DNA of 52,642 nucleotides from a virus (Duplodnaviria > Caudoviricetes): IMG/VR virus record IMGVR_UViG_3300037337_000202, positions 1-52,642 of that record; one strand, 5' to 3'. How positions within the stretch are numbered: the first letter of the stretch is position 1; each line of letters starts with the position of its first letter. Shown here piece after piece: positions 36,106-46,439 of this stretch. Made by a program: the position numbers and the translations under genes. The notes beneath the pieces were generated by a model. That model ran no database searches. It was not told the origin of the DNA and was given only the letters and a program-made list of their open reading frames with translations.

Positions 36106-36191
36106 GAACGACTAGAGCGCGTCTCAGGTATTTTACTTTTATTCTAAGTCGTGATATAAAACTCATTAACATCAAACTCCTAGGCAATATT

Positions 36192-36554
36192 GTGAATACC
36201 CGAACCAAACAAGAATCGTTCCAACATATTCTGGCAGAATTTGACGCCAACCGCTTAGGAGCGATGGATGATCGCGGATGTCTCTATGAAGCTCCCGACG
36301 GCAAACACTGTGGGGTTGGGTGTTTGTTTACTCCGGAACAACATGCATGGATTCAAGAACGGTACCTGAACAGCGACAGCATCGAGGAGTTAGCTGTATC
36401 AATGGGAAAAGAGAGTTTATTCCTCACGACCGGTATGTCAATTGACGAACTAAATGAACTTCAATATTATCACGATGATGAGCACTTTGGCGAATTTAAT
36501 TCATCATTCACACGCGATAATTTTAGAAATTATCTTGTTACAAATGCATCATAA
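36192..36554 (+). CDS. hypothetical protein, paralogue of 37534
   Basis: CLYEAPDGKHCGVGCL...ELQ..HD. Confidence 0.7.
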   Translation: MNTRTKQESFQHILAEFDANRLGAMDDRGCLYEAPDGKHCGVGCLFTPEQHAWIQERYLNSDSIEELAVSMGKESLFLTTGMSIDELNELQYYHDDEHFGEFNSSFTRDNFRNYLVTNAS

Positions 36555-36571
36555 GAACTTGAGAATATATT

Positions 36572-37537
36572 ATGGGCGGAAACGTATTTAAGCAAGATCA
36601 AACCAGGCGCTATGAGTCTGGTGAGTACTTAGAGCTTGTCGAAAAAATCAAGCCACGCCTAGAATCTCTATCCAATAGATTCAAAGTTATCCCTGCCTAC
36701 AAAGGCAAGGAAAGTTTCGGAGACATGGATATCCTGATTATTCCTAGCAAAGAGTGGAATAAATCTCTGCTCGATCTAACCTTCAACTCTGGGGGAGATG
36801 TTATCCATAATGGAGGAGTTTGGTCACTAGTTTTTGAGCAGATTCAGGTCGATCTTATTATGACTTCAGAACAAGAGTTTAATGCCGCTCTTGACTACTT
36901 TGGTTATAATGATTTTGGAAATCTTAGGGGAAAGGTAATCCATAAATTCGGTTTAAAATATGGCCACGACGGATTATCACTTCCGGTTCGGTCGGCCGAT
37001 AACACAATCGGAACCATCATCTTATCTCAAGATCCTGTGGTAATTAATGAGATGTTTGGCTTCAAGCTTGAAGCCTTCGAGACTCTAGAGGAAATGTTTG
37101 AGTCAGTCATTGACTCTTATTTCTTCAACCCAACGGTATTTGCCTGGGAACAAATGAATGCGCCATCCAGAATTCGTGATAAAAAGCGAACGACATATCA
37201 TGCATTTCTAGAGTATATAAACGGAAAAGATTATCCCTTTCCGTATGAGTTTAATCCCGACAAATCTGGTTACCTAACTTGGATCTTTGAAAACTTTCCC
37301 CTAAAGAAACCAGAGTATGATGCTCTATGGGCTAGGAAAAAATTGCTTGAATCTGCTGCAGAGAAATTCAATGGTAATTTAGTCCGTGCCTGGTCGGGGT
37401 TAGAGGGTGTAGAGCTAGGCAATCTAATGAGAAATCTTAGGCCCATTATGAACGCCGAGCGTGTTCTTGATCTCTCTGAGACCGAACTCAGGAATATCGT
37501 GCATGAAATGTATATCAACTTAAAAGAAAGCAAATGA
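36572..37537 (+). CDS. Nucleotidyltransferase-like protein
   Basis: MGGNVF, KESFGDMDI, QVDL. Confidence 0.7.
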   Translation: MGGNVFKQDQTRRYESGEYLELVEKIKPRLESLSNRFKVIPAYKGKESFGDMDILIIPSKEWNKSLLDLTFNSGGDVIHNGGVWSLVFEQIQVDLIMTSEQEFNAALDYFGYNDFGNLRGKVIHKFGLKYGHDGLSLPVRSADNTIGTIILSQDPVVINEMFGFKLEAFETLEEMFESVIDSYFFNPTVFAWEQMNAPSRIRDKKRTTYHAFLEYINGKDYPFPYEFNPDKSGYLTWIFENFPLKKPEYDALWARKKLLESAAEKFNGNLVRAWSGLEGVELGNLMRNLRPIMNAERVLDLSETELRNIVHEMYINLKESK

Positions 37538-37923
37538 ATATTCGAACTAAAAAACAAGCATACCAACATGTTCTTTCTGAATTAATTAAAGGGAATTTAG
37601 GCGCAGTCGAAAAAAAGCCAGGAAAGATCTGTTGTGTTTATGAAACTTTAGATGGTAAAAATTGTGGAGTCGGATGTCTATTAACCAAACAATTTCTGCA
37701 ATTTCTTAAAGAAAAGAAAAATAATCATTGTTCAGTAAGTATCTTAATAGAAAGAGGTATAACTGATGAAGGCCAACTAGAAAGTATGACCGGATTATCA
37801 TTATTTGAGTTAAAAGAACTTCAGACAAACCATGATACGTGGATAAGTTTGGACCAAAAATCTTCTCGCACAACTAGTTACTTTCAAACCTTTTTAGAAC
37901 TAGAATTGTCAAATGTTGAATAA
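37534..37923 (+). CDS. hypothetical protein, paralogue of 36192
   Basis: CVYETLDGKNCGVGCL...ELQ..HD. Confidence 0.7.
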   Translation: MNIRTKKQAYQHVLSELIKGNLGAVEKKPGKICCVYETLDGKNCGVGCLLTKQFLQFLKEKKNNHCSVSILIERGITDEGQLESMTGLSLFELKELQTNHDTWISLDQKSSRTTSYFQTFLELELSNVE

Positions 37924-38072
37924 TACGTTAGACCTTGTATACAGACTGCGAACTCGTGCAGCAATCAGGCGTCAGATTACATCGCGAAAATCTGTCCAAG
38001 AAAATAAACCCGACAGGATTGCTGATCTATTAGAAGAAGCCGCCGATGAACTTGAACTTTTAAGAAAGACCT

Positions 38073-39308
38073 ATGGAAATAACACTAAATGATGATCAAG
38101 TAGAATTGCTAAAGCGACTAGTTGATTTCTACAAAGGCGACGATCAGTTCTTTGTAATTTCTGGAGCCGCTGGGGTTGGAAAAACTACCATGATGCGAAT
38201 GCTAACCCGGGTTCTTAAAAAGAAAAAGCCAGGCATTAAAATCTGTATGTCTGCTCCTACAAACAAGGCAGTTTCTGTTCTTCGAACTTCAGTCAATGAC
38301 TTTTCTATTGACTTCAAAACCATCTATAGCCTATTAGGGCTTCGCATGGAGGCAACTGGAGCAATCAAAGAACTAAAAGATAAAGGGCAGACAACAATTG
38401 AAAACTATGACCTAGTTGTTCTCGACGAGGGTAGTATGGTCTCGGAAGAACTGCTAGAATATATTGAATCAAAGACCGCAATCTCTGGTACCAAAATGGT
38501 AATCATTGGTGACCGCGCTCAACTGCCACCAGTCAAGGAAAAAGATTCTCCTATCTGGAAAAAGTTTCCAGTTGACTTTGAATTGACCAAAATTATGCGG
38601 CACCAGAACAGTATTCTGGCTTTCGTTACATCAATTCGGGATAACCCAAAGCCGGTGTTTGTTTCTACCGGTGAAGATGTAATGATCGAAAGTGACACCG
38701 AATTTATGGACGGAATCGAGCAAGCGGCTAAGAAAGGCTTATTCCATTCTGGTGAGGCAAAAGCGATTGCCTTCAGAAATGTAACTGTAGACTTCTTGAA
38801 TCGTCTTATTCGAGAAGCCCATTGCCCGGGGATTGACTCAGACTTCGTGGTTGGTGATCGAGTTGTATTCAAGGAGCCGGTGTATCAGGAAGTTGGAAAA
38901 AATAAGATTCCCTTGGCCCACACAGATCAGGAAGGAATTGTTACAAAAGTAGATGTTACAACTCATAATAAATATCCACTTAAGGCTTGGAAATTACAGA
39001 TTAAACTCGATGGTGGTTCAACGATTACATCATATGTAATTCATGAAGCAGGCAAGGCACTTTATCAGGATATGTTAGACAAATACTCATCCACCAAATC
39101 CTGGTTTCCTTTTTGGAAACTTAAAGAATCTTTTCATTCTATTTCTCACAGTTATGCAATGACTACTCACCGAAGCCAAGGGTCCTCTATTCCAGAAATC
39201 TTCGTGGAAGTGGGTGACATTTTTCTAAATAGAAATATCGAAGATCGAACTAAAATGCTATACGTTGCTTGTAGCCGAGCATCAAAAAAACTCCATATAT
39301 TTGTCTAG
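38073..39308 (+). CDS. dda: Dda-like SF1B DNA helicase
   Basis: GAAGVGKT, APTNKA, DEGSM, GDRAQLPPV, YAMTTHRSQGSS, YVACSRA. Confidence 0.92.
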   Translation: MEITLNDDQVELLKRLVDFYKGDDQFFVISGAAGVGKTTMMRMLTRVLKKKKPGIKICMSAPTNKAVSVLRTSVNDFSIDFKTIYSLLGLRMEATGAIKELKDKGQTTIENYDLVVLDEGSMVSEELLEYIESKTAISGTKMVIIGDRAQLPPVKEKDSPIWKKFPVDFELTKIMRHQNSILAFVTSIRDNPKPVFVSTGEDVMIESDTEFMDGIEQAAKKGLFHSGEAKAIAFRNVTVDFLNRLIREAHCPGIDSDFVVGDRVVFKEPVYQEVGKNKIPLAHTDQEGIVTKVDVTTHNKYPLKAWKLQIKLDGGSTITSYVIHEAGKALYQDMLDKYSSTKSWFPFWKLKESFHSISHSYAMTTHRSQGSSIPEIFVEVGDIFLNRNIEDRTKMLYVACSRASKKLHIFV

Positions 39309-39315
39309 GAATAAT

Positions 39316-39720
39316 ATGAATCCAATTTACGGTACTCAGCCTCAGGGTGACTTTGTTAACTATCTTACCCATGTTAATGCACGCTCATCAAACTCATTGG
39401 GCTTATCATCATTTAACATGGTTAGGGCTCATGTTAATAATATGTCTTGGTTTTCTACCCTTGAGGAGCTCTTAGAAAATCGCGGTCTTTTACCGGATAA
39501 CATCAAAAATTATTCTGTATCTGAATTGATGAAGCATATTATGCAGGATGGCAACCGAAACATGGGCGTTCTATATCCCGACCTTGGAGTTGTTGCCTAC
39601 TCTGGTAATAATAACTATGATCGGCCTGTGGTTGAAATGACTTACAACCTGGGTGCACCAAACGAGTTTAAACGGTATTATGCTACCCCCGACTTTAACA
39701 AGTTGGTGGTTCGGGTATGA
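39316..39720 (+). CDS. hypothetical protein
   Basis: ORF with AGGA SD. Confidence 0.6.
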   Translation: MNPIYGTQPQGDFVNYLTHVNARSSNSLGLSSFNMVRAHVNNMSWFSTLEELLENRGLLPDNIKNYSVSELMKHIMQDGNRNMGVLYPDLGVVAYSGNNNYDRPVVEMTYNLGAPNEFKRYYATPDFNKLVVRV

Positions 39721-39889
39721 GCGGCGAAGCTGGTAAGGGATCTGCACAGCGACCCACCGACAAAAAAGCTTATGACCAGGCTTGGGAGAAAATCTTCGGC
39801 AAAAAGTCCGGAGCCTAAAAAGTAGATTTTACTTTTATTCTGTAGCGTGTTATAATAACTTATCAACCCAGAAACCTCAAGGAAACATC

Positions 39890-40069
39890 ATGACCGTTAG
39901 TGAACTCATCGCCATTCTCCAGACCATGCCTCAGGATATGACTGTAGAGGTCAATGATAATCGAAATGGCGATGTTCACTTCATAGATAGCATCGATTGC
40001 TTTACTGCCGAGGATTTTGGGCCAGATGATGATAATCAACCCTGTGTTGTTATCCAAGTCAACTGCTGA
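39890..40069 (+). CDS. hypothetical early protein
   Basis: MTVSELIAILQ.MPQD.V; promoter plus SD. Confidence 0.65.
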   Translation: MTVSELIAILQTMPQDMTVEVNDNRNGDVHFIDSIDCFTAEDFGPDDDNQPCVVIQVNC

Positions 40070-40380
40070 AGTATCATGTCTCAAGAACAGTTGAATGAAG
40101 CGATTAAAGTGCTAACTAATTTGGCCGAAAGTGCCTGTAAGCTACTTACCAATTCAGACCCGAAGATTTAGATAGAACTGAGCACTATAATGCTAACATA
40201 CCCTGAAATGGCAAAGCTAGGTCTTTGCCCCTCTACCAAGTACGGATATAACAAGTCTCTACCAGAGGGATTCCCCAAGCCGGATCAGATTACCGATGAG
40301 ATCTACCGCGGTATGCCGCTTCAATTACAAATTTTTTACTCTATGACTTCAGTAAATGGCATGCGCCAGAAAATTACCAA

Positions 40381-40881
40381 ATGACAATGATTTACTGGGA
40401 CCTTGACAACGTTGCCGCTGATTTAGCCGGGGCTATTACTCGACTCACGGGTAAGCCACATAGCATCGGTGATGCTATTTCTCTCTCCGATTGGGGAAGA
40501 GCTTGCAGAAGTGCCCCTAGATTTTTTCGCGATCTTGACGTCGTGGACGAAGTGCAAAATATTATTGTCGCTCTTGAGGAAGACAGCTGTAAACAAGCCT
40601 TCCTAACTGCCCTCCCGTATGATGTTAGATATATCTGGAAATATGCGGGTATGGATAAAGTGAATTGGGTAAATAAAAACTTTCCGTTCGTGGATATTTT
40701 CTTCGGACCATATGCTCACCAAAAACTCTTGTATGCAAGACCAGGAGATATACTCATTGATGACAAACAAACAAATATAACCGAATGGGAATCCGCGGGT
40801 GGTATCGGCCATCTTTACCGAGACCCAATTTCCTGTAAAAACTTTCTTCATGATAACATTCCCTGGATACACCTTAAGTAA
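40381..40881 (+). CDS. HAD-family 5'(3')-deoxyribonucleotidase-like protein
   Basis: YWDLDNVAAD, LTA, ILIDD, WESAGG. Confidence 0.85.
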   Translation: MTMIYWDLDNVAADLAGAITRLTGKPHSIGDAISLSDWGRACRSAPRFFRDLDVVDEVQNIIVALEEDSCKQAFLTALPYDVRYIWKYAGMDKVNWVNKNFPFVDIFFGPYAHQKLLYARPGDILIDDKQTNITEWESAGGIGHLYRDPISCKNFLHDNIPWIHLK

Positions 40882-40884
40882 TTT

Positions 40885-41781
40885 ATGAAAATCCAAGTAG
40901 TTTCTGACCTTCATCTCGAATTCGGGGCTATCGTTATCGAAAACGCCGGCGCTGATGTTCTGATTCTTTCAGGCGATGTCTGTGTGGCAGATGATCTGGA
41001 TAGAAATATTCCCGGCTATGATCCATTGGATACCGAGATCATTTCTAAGTTTGGAGCCAGGCAGAAAGCAGCAATTCGATATCTTGAGTTCTTCAAGCAG
41101 GTATCAGAAGCATTTCCTCATGTGATCTATATTGCTGGTAACCATGAGTTTTACCAAGGAAAATGGGTAAAAAGTCTAGAAATTCTTCGTGAAACGGTGG
41201 CAAAGTTTCCTAATATTCACTTTCTTGAGAATGACATTTTCAAACTTGATGATGTAACATTTATCGGTGGCACACTATGGACTGATATGAATAATTACGA
41301 CCCACTAACTTTGCATGCTACTAAAGATCTGATGCAGGATTATAATCTCATTAGAAATGATGAGCTTGGTTTTACTAAGCTTAAGCCGGCTACTACTGTC
41401 CTACGACATAAAAAAACATTGGAATATATCTCCCTAATTGTAGAGGGTAAGCACAATGAAAAGTTTGTAGTAGTTGGTCATCATGCACCAAGTAGAATGA
41501 GTATACACGAGCATTATAAAGATCAATATCTAATGAATGGCGCTTATGCTTCAGATTTGAGTGAGTTTATTCTAGACCGCCCACAGATTAAACTTTGGAC
41601 TGCGGGTCATATGCACCATTCTTATAGATACTATATCGGTGATACCCTAATTGCAGCTAATCCAAGAGGTTATGTGGGTGAGGTTAGAACTGGTTTGTTC
41701 AATTCTAGCAAAATTATTGATCTAGATAACATGCCTAATCCAGAGAATGTTAAAACCGACTACGATTGGCTTAAATCTTAG
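40885..41781 (+). CDS. Metallophosphoesterase
   Basis: SDLHLE, LSGD, GNHEFY, GHHAP, GHMH, NPRGY. Confidence 0.92.
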   Translation: MKIQVVSDLHLEFGAIVIENAGADVLILSGDVCVADDLDRNIPGYDPLDTEIISKFGARQKAAIRYLEFFKQVSEAFPHVIYIAGNHEFYQGKWVKSLEILRETVAKFPNIHFLENDIFKLDDVTFIGGTLWTDMNNYDPLTLHATKDLMQDYNLIRNDELGFTKLKPATTVLRHKKTLEYISLIVEGKHNEKFVVVGHHAPSRMSIHEHYKDQYLMNGAYASDLSEFILDRPQIKLWTAGHMHHSYRYYIGDTLIAANPRGYVGEVRTGLFNSSKIIDLDNMPNPENVKTDYDWLKS

Positions 41782-42457
41782 GCAATCTACCTGGGCGATA
41801 ATCAACTCCCGGTGAACAGTGGCACATATTTTCTTTTACACCATTATTAAACCATCTAGATCCGATAGAGTGCTTATTGCCACCGCCCCATACATTTGAG
41901 AGTAATCTCCCCATTATAAAATTCTGGGGAATAAGTTCACCAATGCGTATCATAGTTTCCGAAGTACCATCGTTTACCCAAAAACTATTTTTGGAAATTT
42001 CTGTTCCCTGTTTTTGTCCAACGTTGTTAAAGGGAGCTCTCCCTCTAATAAACGATGAGTTTGGTGCTTCTGAAGCAAATCTGGATATAGTCCCGTCATT
42101 CCACCACTTGTGATCAGAATTTTTCTTTGACAGGTCAGCCTTTACTTTTTCTGTATGGATATATCCACTGGAGCCATCGCCTCCTGGTTGAAAATTTACC
42201 AAGATACCATCCCCTTTAGATTTTCGACCATACCAAGAAATATATCTCCTCTCAAGAGCAAAAGCACCAAGTTCAGTTAGATTAGCTTCCATTATTACAA
42301 TGTTGGATTTGTCCTTCGGTACAGGTGTTTGACCGTGTTTATCATAGGCCCGTTTGCCTTTACCCTTACCAACGTAGTATGGTGTGCCGGCTTTAGCCGT
42401 ATTGCTATCTTCTGAACGAAGATAGGCGTAGATATAATAAATAAGTTTGTTGCTCAT
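41771..42457 (-). CDS. GIY-YIG-type homing endonuclease with WxNDG repeats
   Basis: YIYAY...[10 protein letters not shown]; LVN..GGDG; late promoter TATAAATA on the - strand at 42516-42523. Confidence 0.85.
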   Translation of the reverse strand: MSNKLIYYIYAYLRSEDSNTAKAGTPYYVGKGKGKRAYDKHGQTPVPKDKSNIVIMEANLTELGAFALERRYISWYGRKSKGDGILVNFQPGGDGSSGYIHTEKVKADLSKKNSDHKWWNDGTISRFASEAPNSSFIRGRAPFNNVGQKQGTEISKNSFWVNDGTSETMIRIGELIPQNFIMGRLLSNVWGGGNKHSIGSRWFNNGVKENMCHCSPGVDYRPGRLPKI

Positions 42458-42525
42458 AAAGGCCTTAGTACGGTTGAGTAAAGGTACTGGAACCGCCAAG
42501 TTCGCGAGTACCATCTATTTATACA

Positions 42526-42678
42526 ATGGAAATTTTAGATAATGAACCAGGAAATGGTCACGTACATAATTGCTTTGATTACATGATCGGTGATACCCGA
42601 GTAGTTTGTAATCCCCGTGGGTATGTTGGTGAGCAAACCTGCGGAAATTTTGACCCTAACTTTATTATGCAACTTTAA
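42526..42678 (+). pseudogene. Displaced 3' end of the metallophosphoesterase gene
   Basis: [26 protein letters not shown] mirrors [26 protein letters not shown]. Confidence 0.85.
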
Positions 42679-42841
42679 TGAATCAAGAAAAACTACAAGC
42701 CTGGTTTGACGGTGAGGTTTTTGATAGTGATCTAACTGAATCAGAAGTAGACTGGTTATCCAACCGAGTGTCATCAATTGTGTCGAAAATTATTCTAGGG
42801 CGACCCGGCGTCCATACTTTTTCCGAACATAGGACTATTCA

Positions 42842-43120
42842 ATGAATAAAGACAATCAACTTTCTCCAGGTGACCTAGCTGAAATTATCAAGAGTGTCGA
42901 TGGTATCTCTGTCGGTAAAATAGTTCAATGTGTTCGAGTTGATGGGGTACACAGTAAGCATGGTACTATGTGGCTTGTATCAGCAAGAGACGAGCTGGTG
43001 ACTGAGTATGGCGCAGTCGGAAATCGAGCCCATGTTCCCCAGGCGTGGTTGAAAAAAATTCTGCCACCTGGTGCCCCTGAGAAAATCCTTGAGAAAGAGC
43101 TAGAGCGCGTAGAGAAGTAA
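42842..43120 (+). CDS. hypothetical protein
   Basis: ORF with AGGA SD. Confidence 0.6.
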   Translation: MNKDNQLSPGDLAEIIKSVDGISVGKIVQCVRVDGVHSKHGTMWLVSARDELVTEYGAVGNRAHVPQAWLKKILPPGAPEKILEKELERVEK

Positions 43121-43183
43121 GTTTTACTTTTATTTCCGGACGTGTTATAATAACTTATCAACCCCAAACAAGGATAAAATATC

Positions 43184-43549
43184 ATGCCCCGTCTAACCAA
43201 AGAAGAAATTGCCCGTGCTGCAGCTGTAGCATGGGCATCTATGATCGAAGAGCGTAAAGCGGAATACCCTGTACAACTGATGTCCGTTCTGCAAGAAGCG
43301 ACTCAGCCATTCAACAACTACGAACTTCGTGTTATCGCCGGCAATTTCACCCTGCGTGAACGTAATAAGAATGAAGTGATAGTTCTTGCCCCCGTTTATA
43401 GCTATGAAAATTTTGAATATCTACAAGATTTAGAGTACGCCCTAGCCTTGGCCAAGGAGTCTCGTTCACGAAAGGCTATTGCCGAAAAATTTCTCAAAAA
43501 CGCCTTGGCCAAGCTTACAGTAGAAGAACGCAAGGCCCTCGGTTTGTAA
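43184..43549 (+). CDS. hypothetical early protein
   Basis: Promoter; ends ALAKLT.EERKALGL. Confidence 0.7.
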   Translation: MPRLTKEEIARAAAVAWASMIEERKAEYPVQLMSVLQEATQPFNNYELRVIAGNFTLRERNKNEVIVLAPVYSYENFEYLQDLEYALALAKESRSRKAIAEKFLKNALAKLTVEERKALGL

Positions 43550-43615
43550 GTTTTACTTTTATTCCTGGGTGTAATATAATAAACACATACCAACCAAACA
43601 TCACTAGGAAACATC

Positions 43616-43870
43616 ATGGACTTCAACTCTTATACCAACAATCTCCCATATTCTAATAGCAAGGGTGATCGTGAGGCTAATCTGGCATATCGGGCCGAGG
43701 ATCGCCGCCTGACCGAAAAATTCAAGAACGATCTCTTCGAAGACCTTGGTGTAGAAAATCACCCAAAGCGCGAAAAGCTCTATGGACTGGCTCGCGATAC
43801 TGCCTCCGGTGAAGGCCTGGAACGTCTCTATGAAGTTGCATGTGATTTTGTGGAACTCATGGATCTTTGA
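43616..43870 (+). CDS. hypothetical early protein
   Basis: Promoter plus SD. Confidence 0.7.
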   Translation: MDFNSYTNNLPYSNSKGDREANLAYRAEDRRLTEKFKNDLFEDLGVENHPKREKLYGLARDTASGEGLERLYEVACDFVELMDL

Positions 43871-43922
43871 TTTTACTTTTATCTCCGGGCGTGTTATAAT
43901 AACTTATCAACAAGGAAACACC

Positions 43923-44087
43923 ATGAACAACACCGAATACACCACCCAAATCGAAGAAGAAAAAACCCAGTGGTTCCTGAATGGAGTACTGCAGCGTGCC
44001 GATGGACCAGCTGTTGAGTGTGCTGCCGGCACCAAGATGTGGTACAACGGTGTGGAAGTAACCGAACAGCAACTTCCTGTGGTTTAA
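43923..44087 (+). CDS. 22-aa repeat protein, single degenerate repeat
   Basis: WFLNGVLQRADGPAVE. Confidence 0.7.
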   Translation: MNNTEYTTQIEEEKTQWFLNGVLQRADGPAVECAAGTKMWYNGVEVTEQQLPVV

Positions 44088-44140
44088 GTTTTACTTTTAT
44101 TCTAGGGTATGGTATAATAACTTATCAACAAGGAAACATC

Positions 44141-44515
44141 ATGAACACTACCGAATACACCGTAAAAATCTCCGGAGGCAAAACCCAGTGGTTTCTGAAT
44201 GGAGTACTCCATCGGATCGATGGACCTGCTGTAGAGTATTCCATTGGTGGCAATGAGTGGTACTTGCATGGCGTACTCCATCGAATCGATGGACCAGCCT
44301 TTGAGTGTTCCAATGGTTACCCGTCATGGTACTTGAATGGTAAACTCCACCGAGAGGGTGGCCCAGCCGTTGAGCAGGACGATGGTACAAAGCAGTGGTT
44401 CTTGAATGATAAACTCCACCGTACCGATGGACCTGCTGTAGAGTATTCCGATGGTGGCAAGGAATGGTGGTTGAACGGTGTGGAAGTAACCGAACAGCAA
44501 CTTCCTGTGGTTTAA
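44141..44515 (+). CDS. 22-aa repeat protein, 4 repeats
   Basis: Same repeat family; own promoter. Confidence 0.85.
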   Translation: MNTTEYTVKISGGKTQWFLNGVLHRIDGPAVEYSIGGNEWYLHGVLHRIDGPAFECSNGYPSWYLNGKLHREGGPAVEQDDGTKQWFLNDKLHRTDGPAVEYSDGGKEWWLNGVEVTEQQLPVV

Positions 44516-44576
44516 GTTTTACTTTTATTCTAGGGTATGGTATAATAAACACATACCATCCCACTAGGAAAAAATT

Positions 44577-44786
44577 ATGAAAACAATTAAAACGATTTCA
44601 ATGCAAGCTTGGTTTGAAAACCGTATGACCTACGGTCAGACCCTAACTATCTCCCAGCTAAAGCAAATGGGCTTCTCCAACCCTTATGACGCAGCATATG
44701 CTGCCCGACAGAAAGGTATTTCTGTCAAACGCTTTATCAAAGATACCCAAGATGGTCCCGTATCTGTTTACAGTCTAGATGTCTGA
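44577..44786 (+). CDS. hypothetical early protein
   Basis: Promoter plus SD. Confidence 0.65.
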   Translation: MKTIKTISMQAWFENRMTYGQTLTISQLKQMGFSNPYDAAYAARQKGISVKRFIKDTQDGPVSVYSLDV

Positions 44787-45024
44787 TAAGCAAACTTTTG
44801 CCCTCGTCAGGAAATAATTCATGATCTCATCTTATGAGCGAATCGCAAACCGACTTATTTTTGGTCAGAAGCGACCTAAGCCATTCTGTTATTTTGATGA
44901 TGTTAAGCTTAGCTGTGGCACTAAAAGCCTCCATCGTACCCAAGCATCCAGAATGTGGCGGACTTTCTGGCGAATCAAGAGCGTAGGTCGATAAAGTTTA
45001 CTTATCAACAATTTAGGAAATATT

Positions 45025-45453
45025 ATGAATCAAGTAATGATGCCAGCAGGTGAGTACTATATTGGCGATCTTTGTTATGTTCTTTCTGCTGAGTGGGATG
45101 AATGTTGTGAGTTGTTCTTTGCCGGTGGCTCTAACCAAAGCAATAAAGGCGAATTTACTCTAAAGGGCGTCCGCAGATTTATTAGTTATGATACTATGTA
45201 TGGAGATGGATCCTATCAAACGAATACTGGTGGAAACATTGATGTCGATTCTGGCTCCATTGGTTGTATTCTGGTAAGTGATATTCGAGATATGCAAATT
45301 TCTGATATCCGTAGTAGCGGCGTGATTCACGTTTTTGACAAACCCTTTTTTAGCTTTACACATAAAGGAACTTTGTATTTTGGAGATCTAAGTGTCAATA
45401 CCGGTATTAATAATGACGACACAGACGAAGATATGGATTATTACCCTAAATAA
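45025..45453 (+). CDS. hypothetical phage protein
   Basis: YYIGDLCYV, T.YGDG.Y, VDSGSIGC. Confidence 0.75.
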   Translation: MNQVMMPAGEYYIGDLCYVLSAEWDECCELFFAGGSNQSNKGEFTLKGVRRFISYDTMYGDGSYQTNTGGNIDVDSGSIGCILVSDIRDMQISDIRSSGVIHVFDKPFFSFTHKGTLYFGDLSVNTGINNDDTDEDMDYYPK

Positions 45454-45465
45454 TAAGTTAAAACT

Positions 45466-45891
45466 ATGAAAAACCAATTAGAAATAACCAAAGAGTGGTT
45501 CGCAAGAGCAGTCCCAGCACCCAATAAAAAACATGCCTGTGTTCAGCTTGGAGTACACTTTGAAGAAATCTCCGAGATGTTACAATCATTATCGATTGTA
45601 AAAACTGCGGAAGTTATGAGTGGGTTAGGCGACTTCTACAAAACTCAGGTGTTAGACCTAGAGGGTCTAACCATTGATCGAAAAGAACTGCTTGATTCCT
45701 TGTGCGATCAAATTGTTACCGCGGTTGGTGTTGCACACATGTTTGGTTTGGATATTACATCTGCCGTCGCTGAAGTGAACCGGTCCAATTATTCCAAATT
45801 CGACTCTGAGGGAAAGCCCATTTTTAATGCGAATGGAAAAATCACAAAGGGTCCCAACTACAGCAAGCCTGATCTAACTGGAATGTTTTAA
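45466..45891 (+). CDS. MazG-like nucleotide pyrophosphohydrolase
   Basis: EEISE, ELLDSLCD, EVNRSNYSK, GKITKGPNY. Confidence 0.85.
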   Translation: MKNQLEITKEWFARAVPAPNKKHACVQLGVHFEEISEMLQSLSIVKTAEVMSGLGDFYKTQVLDLEGLTIDRKELLDSLCDQIVTAVGVAHMFGLDITSAVAEVNRSNYSKFDSEGKPIFNANGKITKGPNYSKPDLTGMF

Positions 45892-46376
45892 TGAGCAAAT
45901 TAAAGCAGATCGACGGTGATCTGCTTACCTTGGCATATCATGGGAACTTCGATATTATTGTACATGGGTGCAATTGTTTTAATGTATTCGGCTCAGGTAT
46001 CGCAAAGCAGATCAAGGAACGATACCCCGAGGCATATGCAGCCGACCAAGAAACCGATATGGATAGTATCCACAAACTCGGAAACTTTAGTATGGCAAAA
46101 GCCAATGGGGATATTGATTTTTTGATTGTGAATGCCTATACGCAATTTGGTTACAACTCTGCTGGGAGACCAGTTTTAGATCGGTTTGAGTATGAGTCTT
46201 TTCGTCTTATTCTCCGTAAGCTTTCATACACGTATGGAAAAAGCCGATTCGGGTTTCCCATGATCGGAATGGGTTTGGTAGGTGGTCGGCCCCAGAAAAT
46301 CATCAACACCCTTCAGGAATTTGCACTGGATGTCGAGAAGCAGGGTGGTACGGTAACCATGGTGCGGTACGTGTGA
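45891..46376 (+). CDS. Macro domain (ADP-ribose processing) protein
   Basis: GDL, HGCNC..FGSGIA, NAYTQ, PMIGMGLVGG. Confidence 0.9.
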   Translation: MSKLKQIDGDLLTLAYHGNFDIIVHGCNCFNVFGSGIAKQIKERYPEAYAADQETDMDSIHKLGNFSMAKANGDIDFLIVNAYTQFGYNSAGRPVLDRFEYESFRLILRKLSYTYGKSRFGFPMIGMGLVGGRPQKIINTLQEFALDVEKQGGTVTMVRYV

Positions 46377-46439
46377 TTTAAGTTTTACTTTTATTCCTGC
46401 CTGTGTTATAATAAACACATACCAACCAAGGATCATAAA

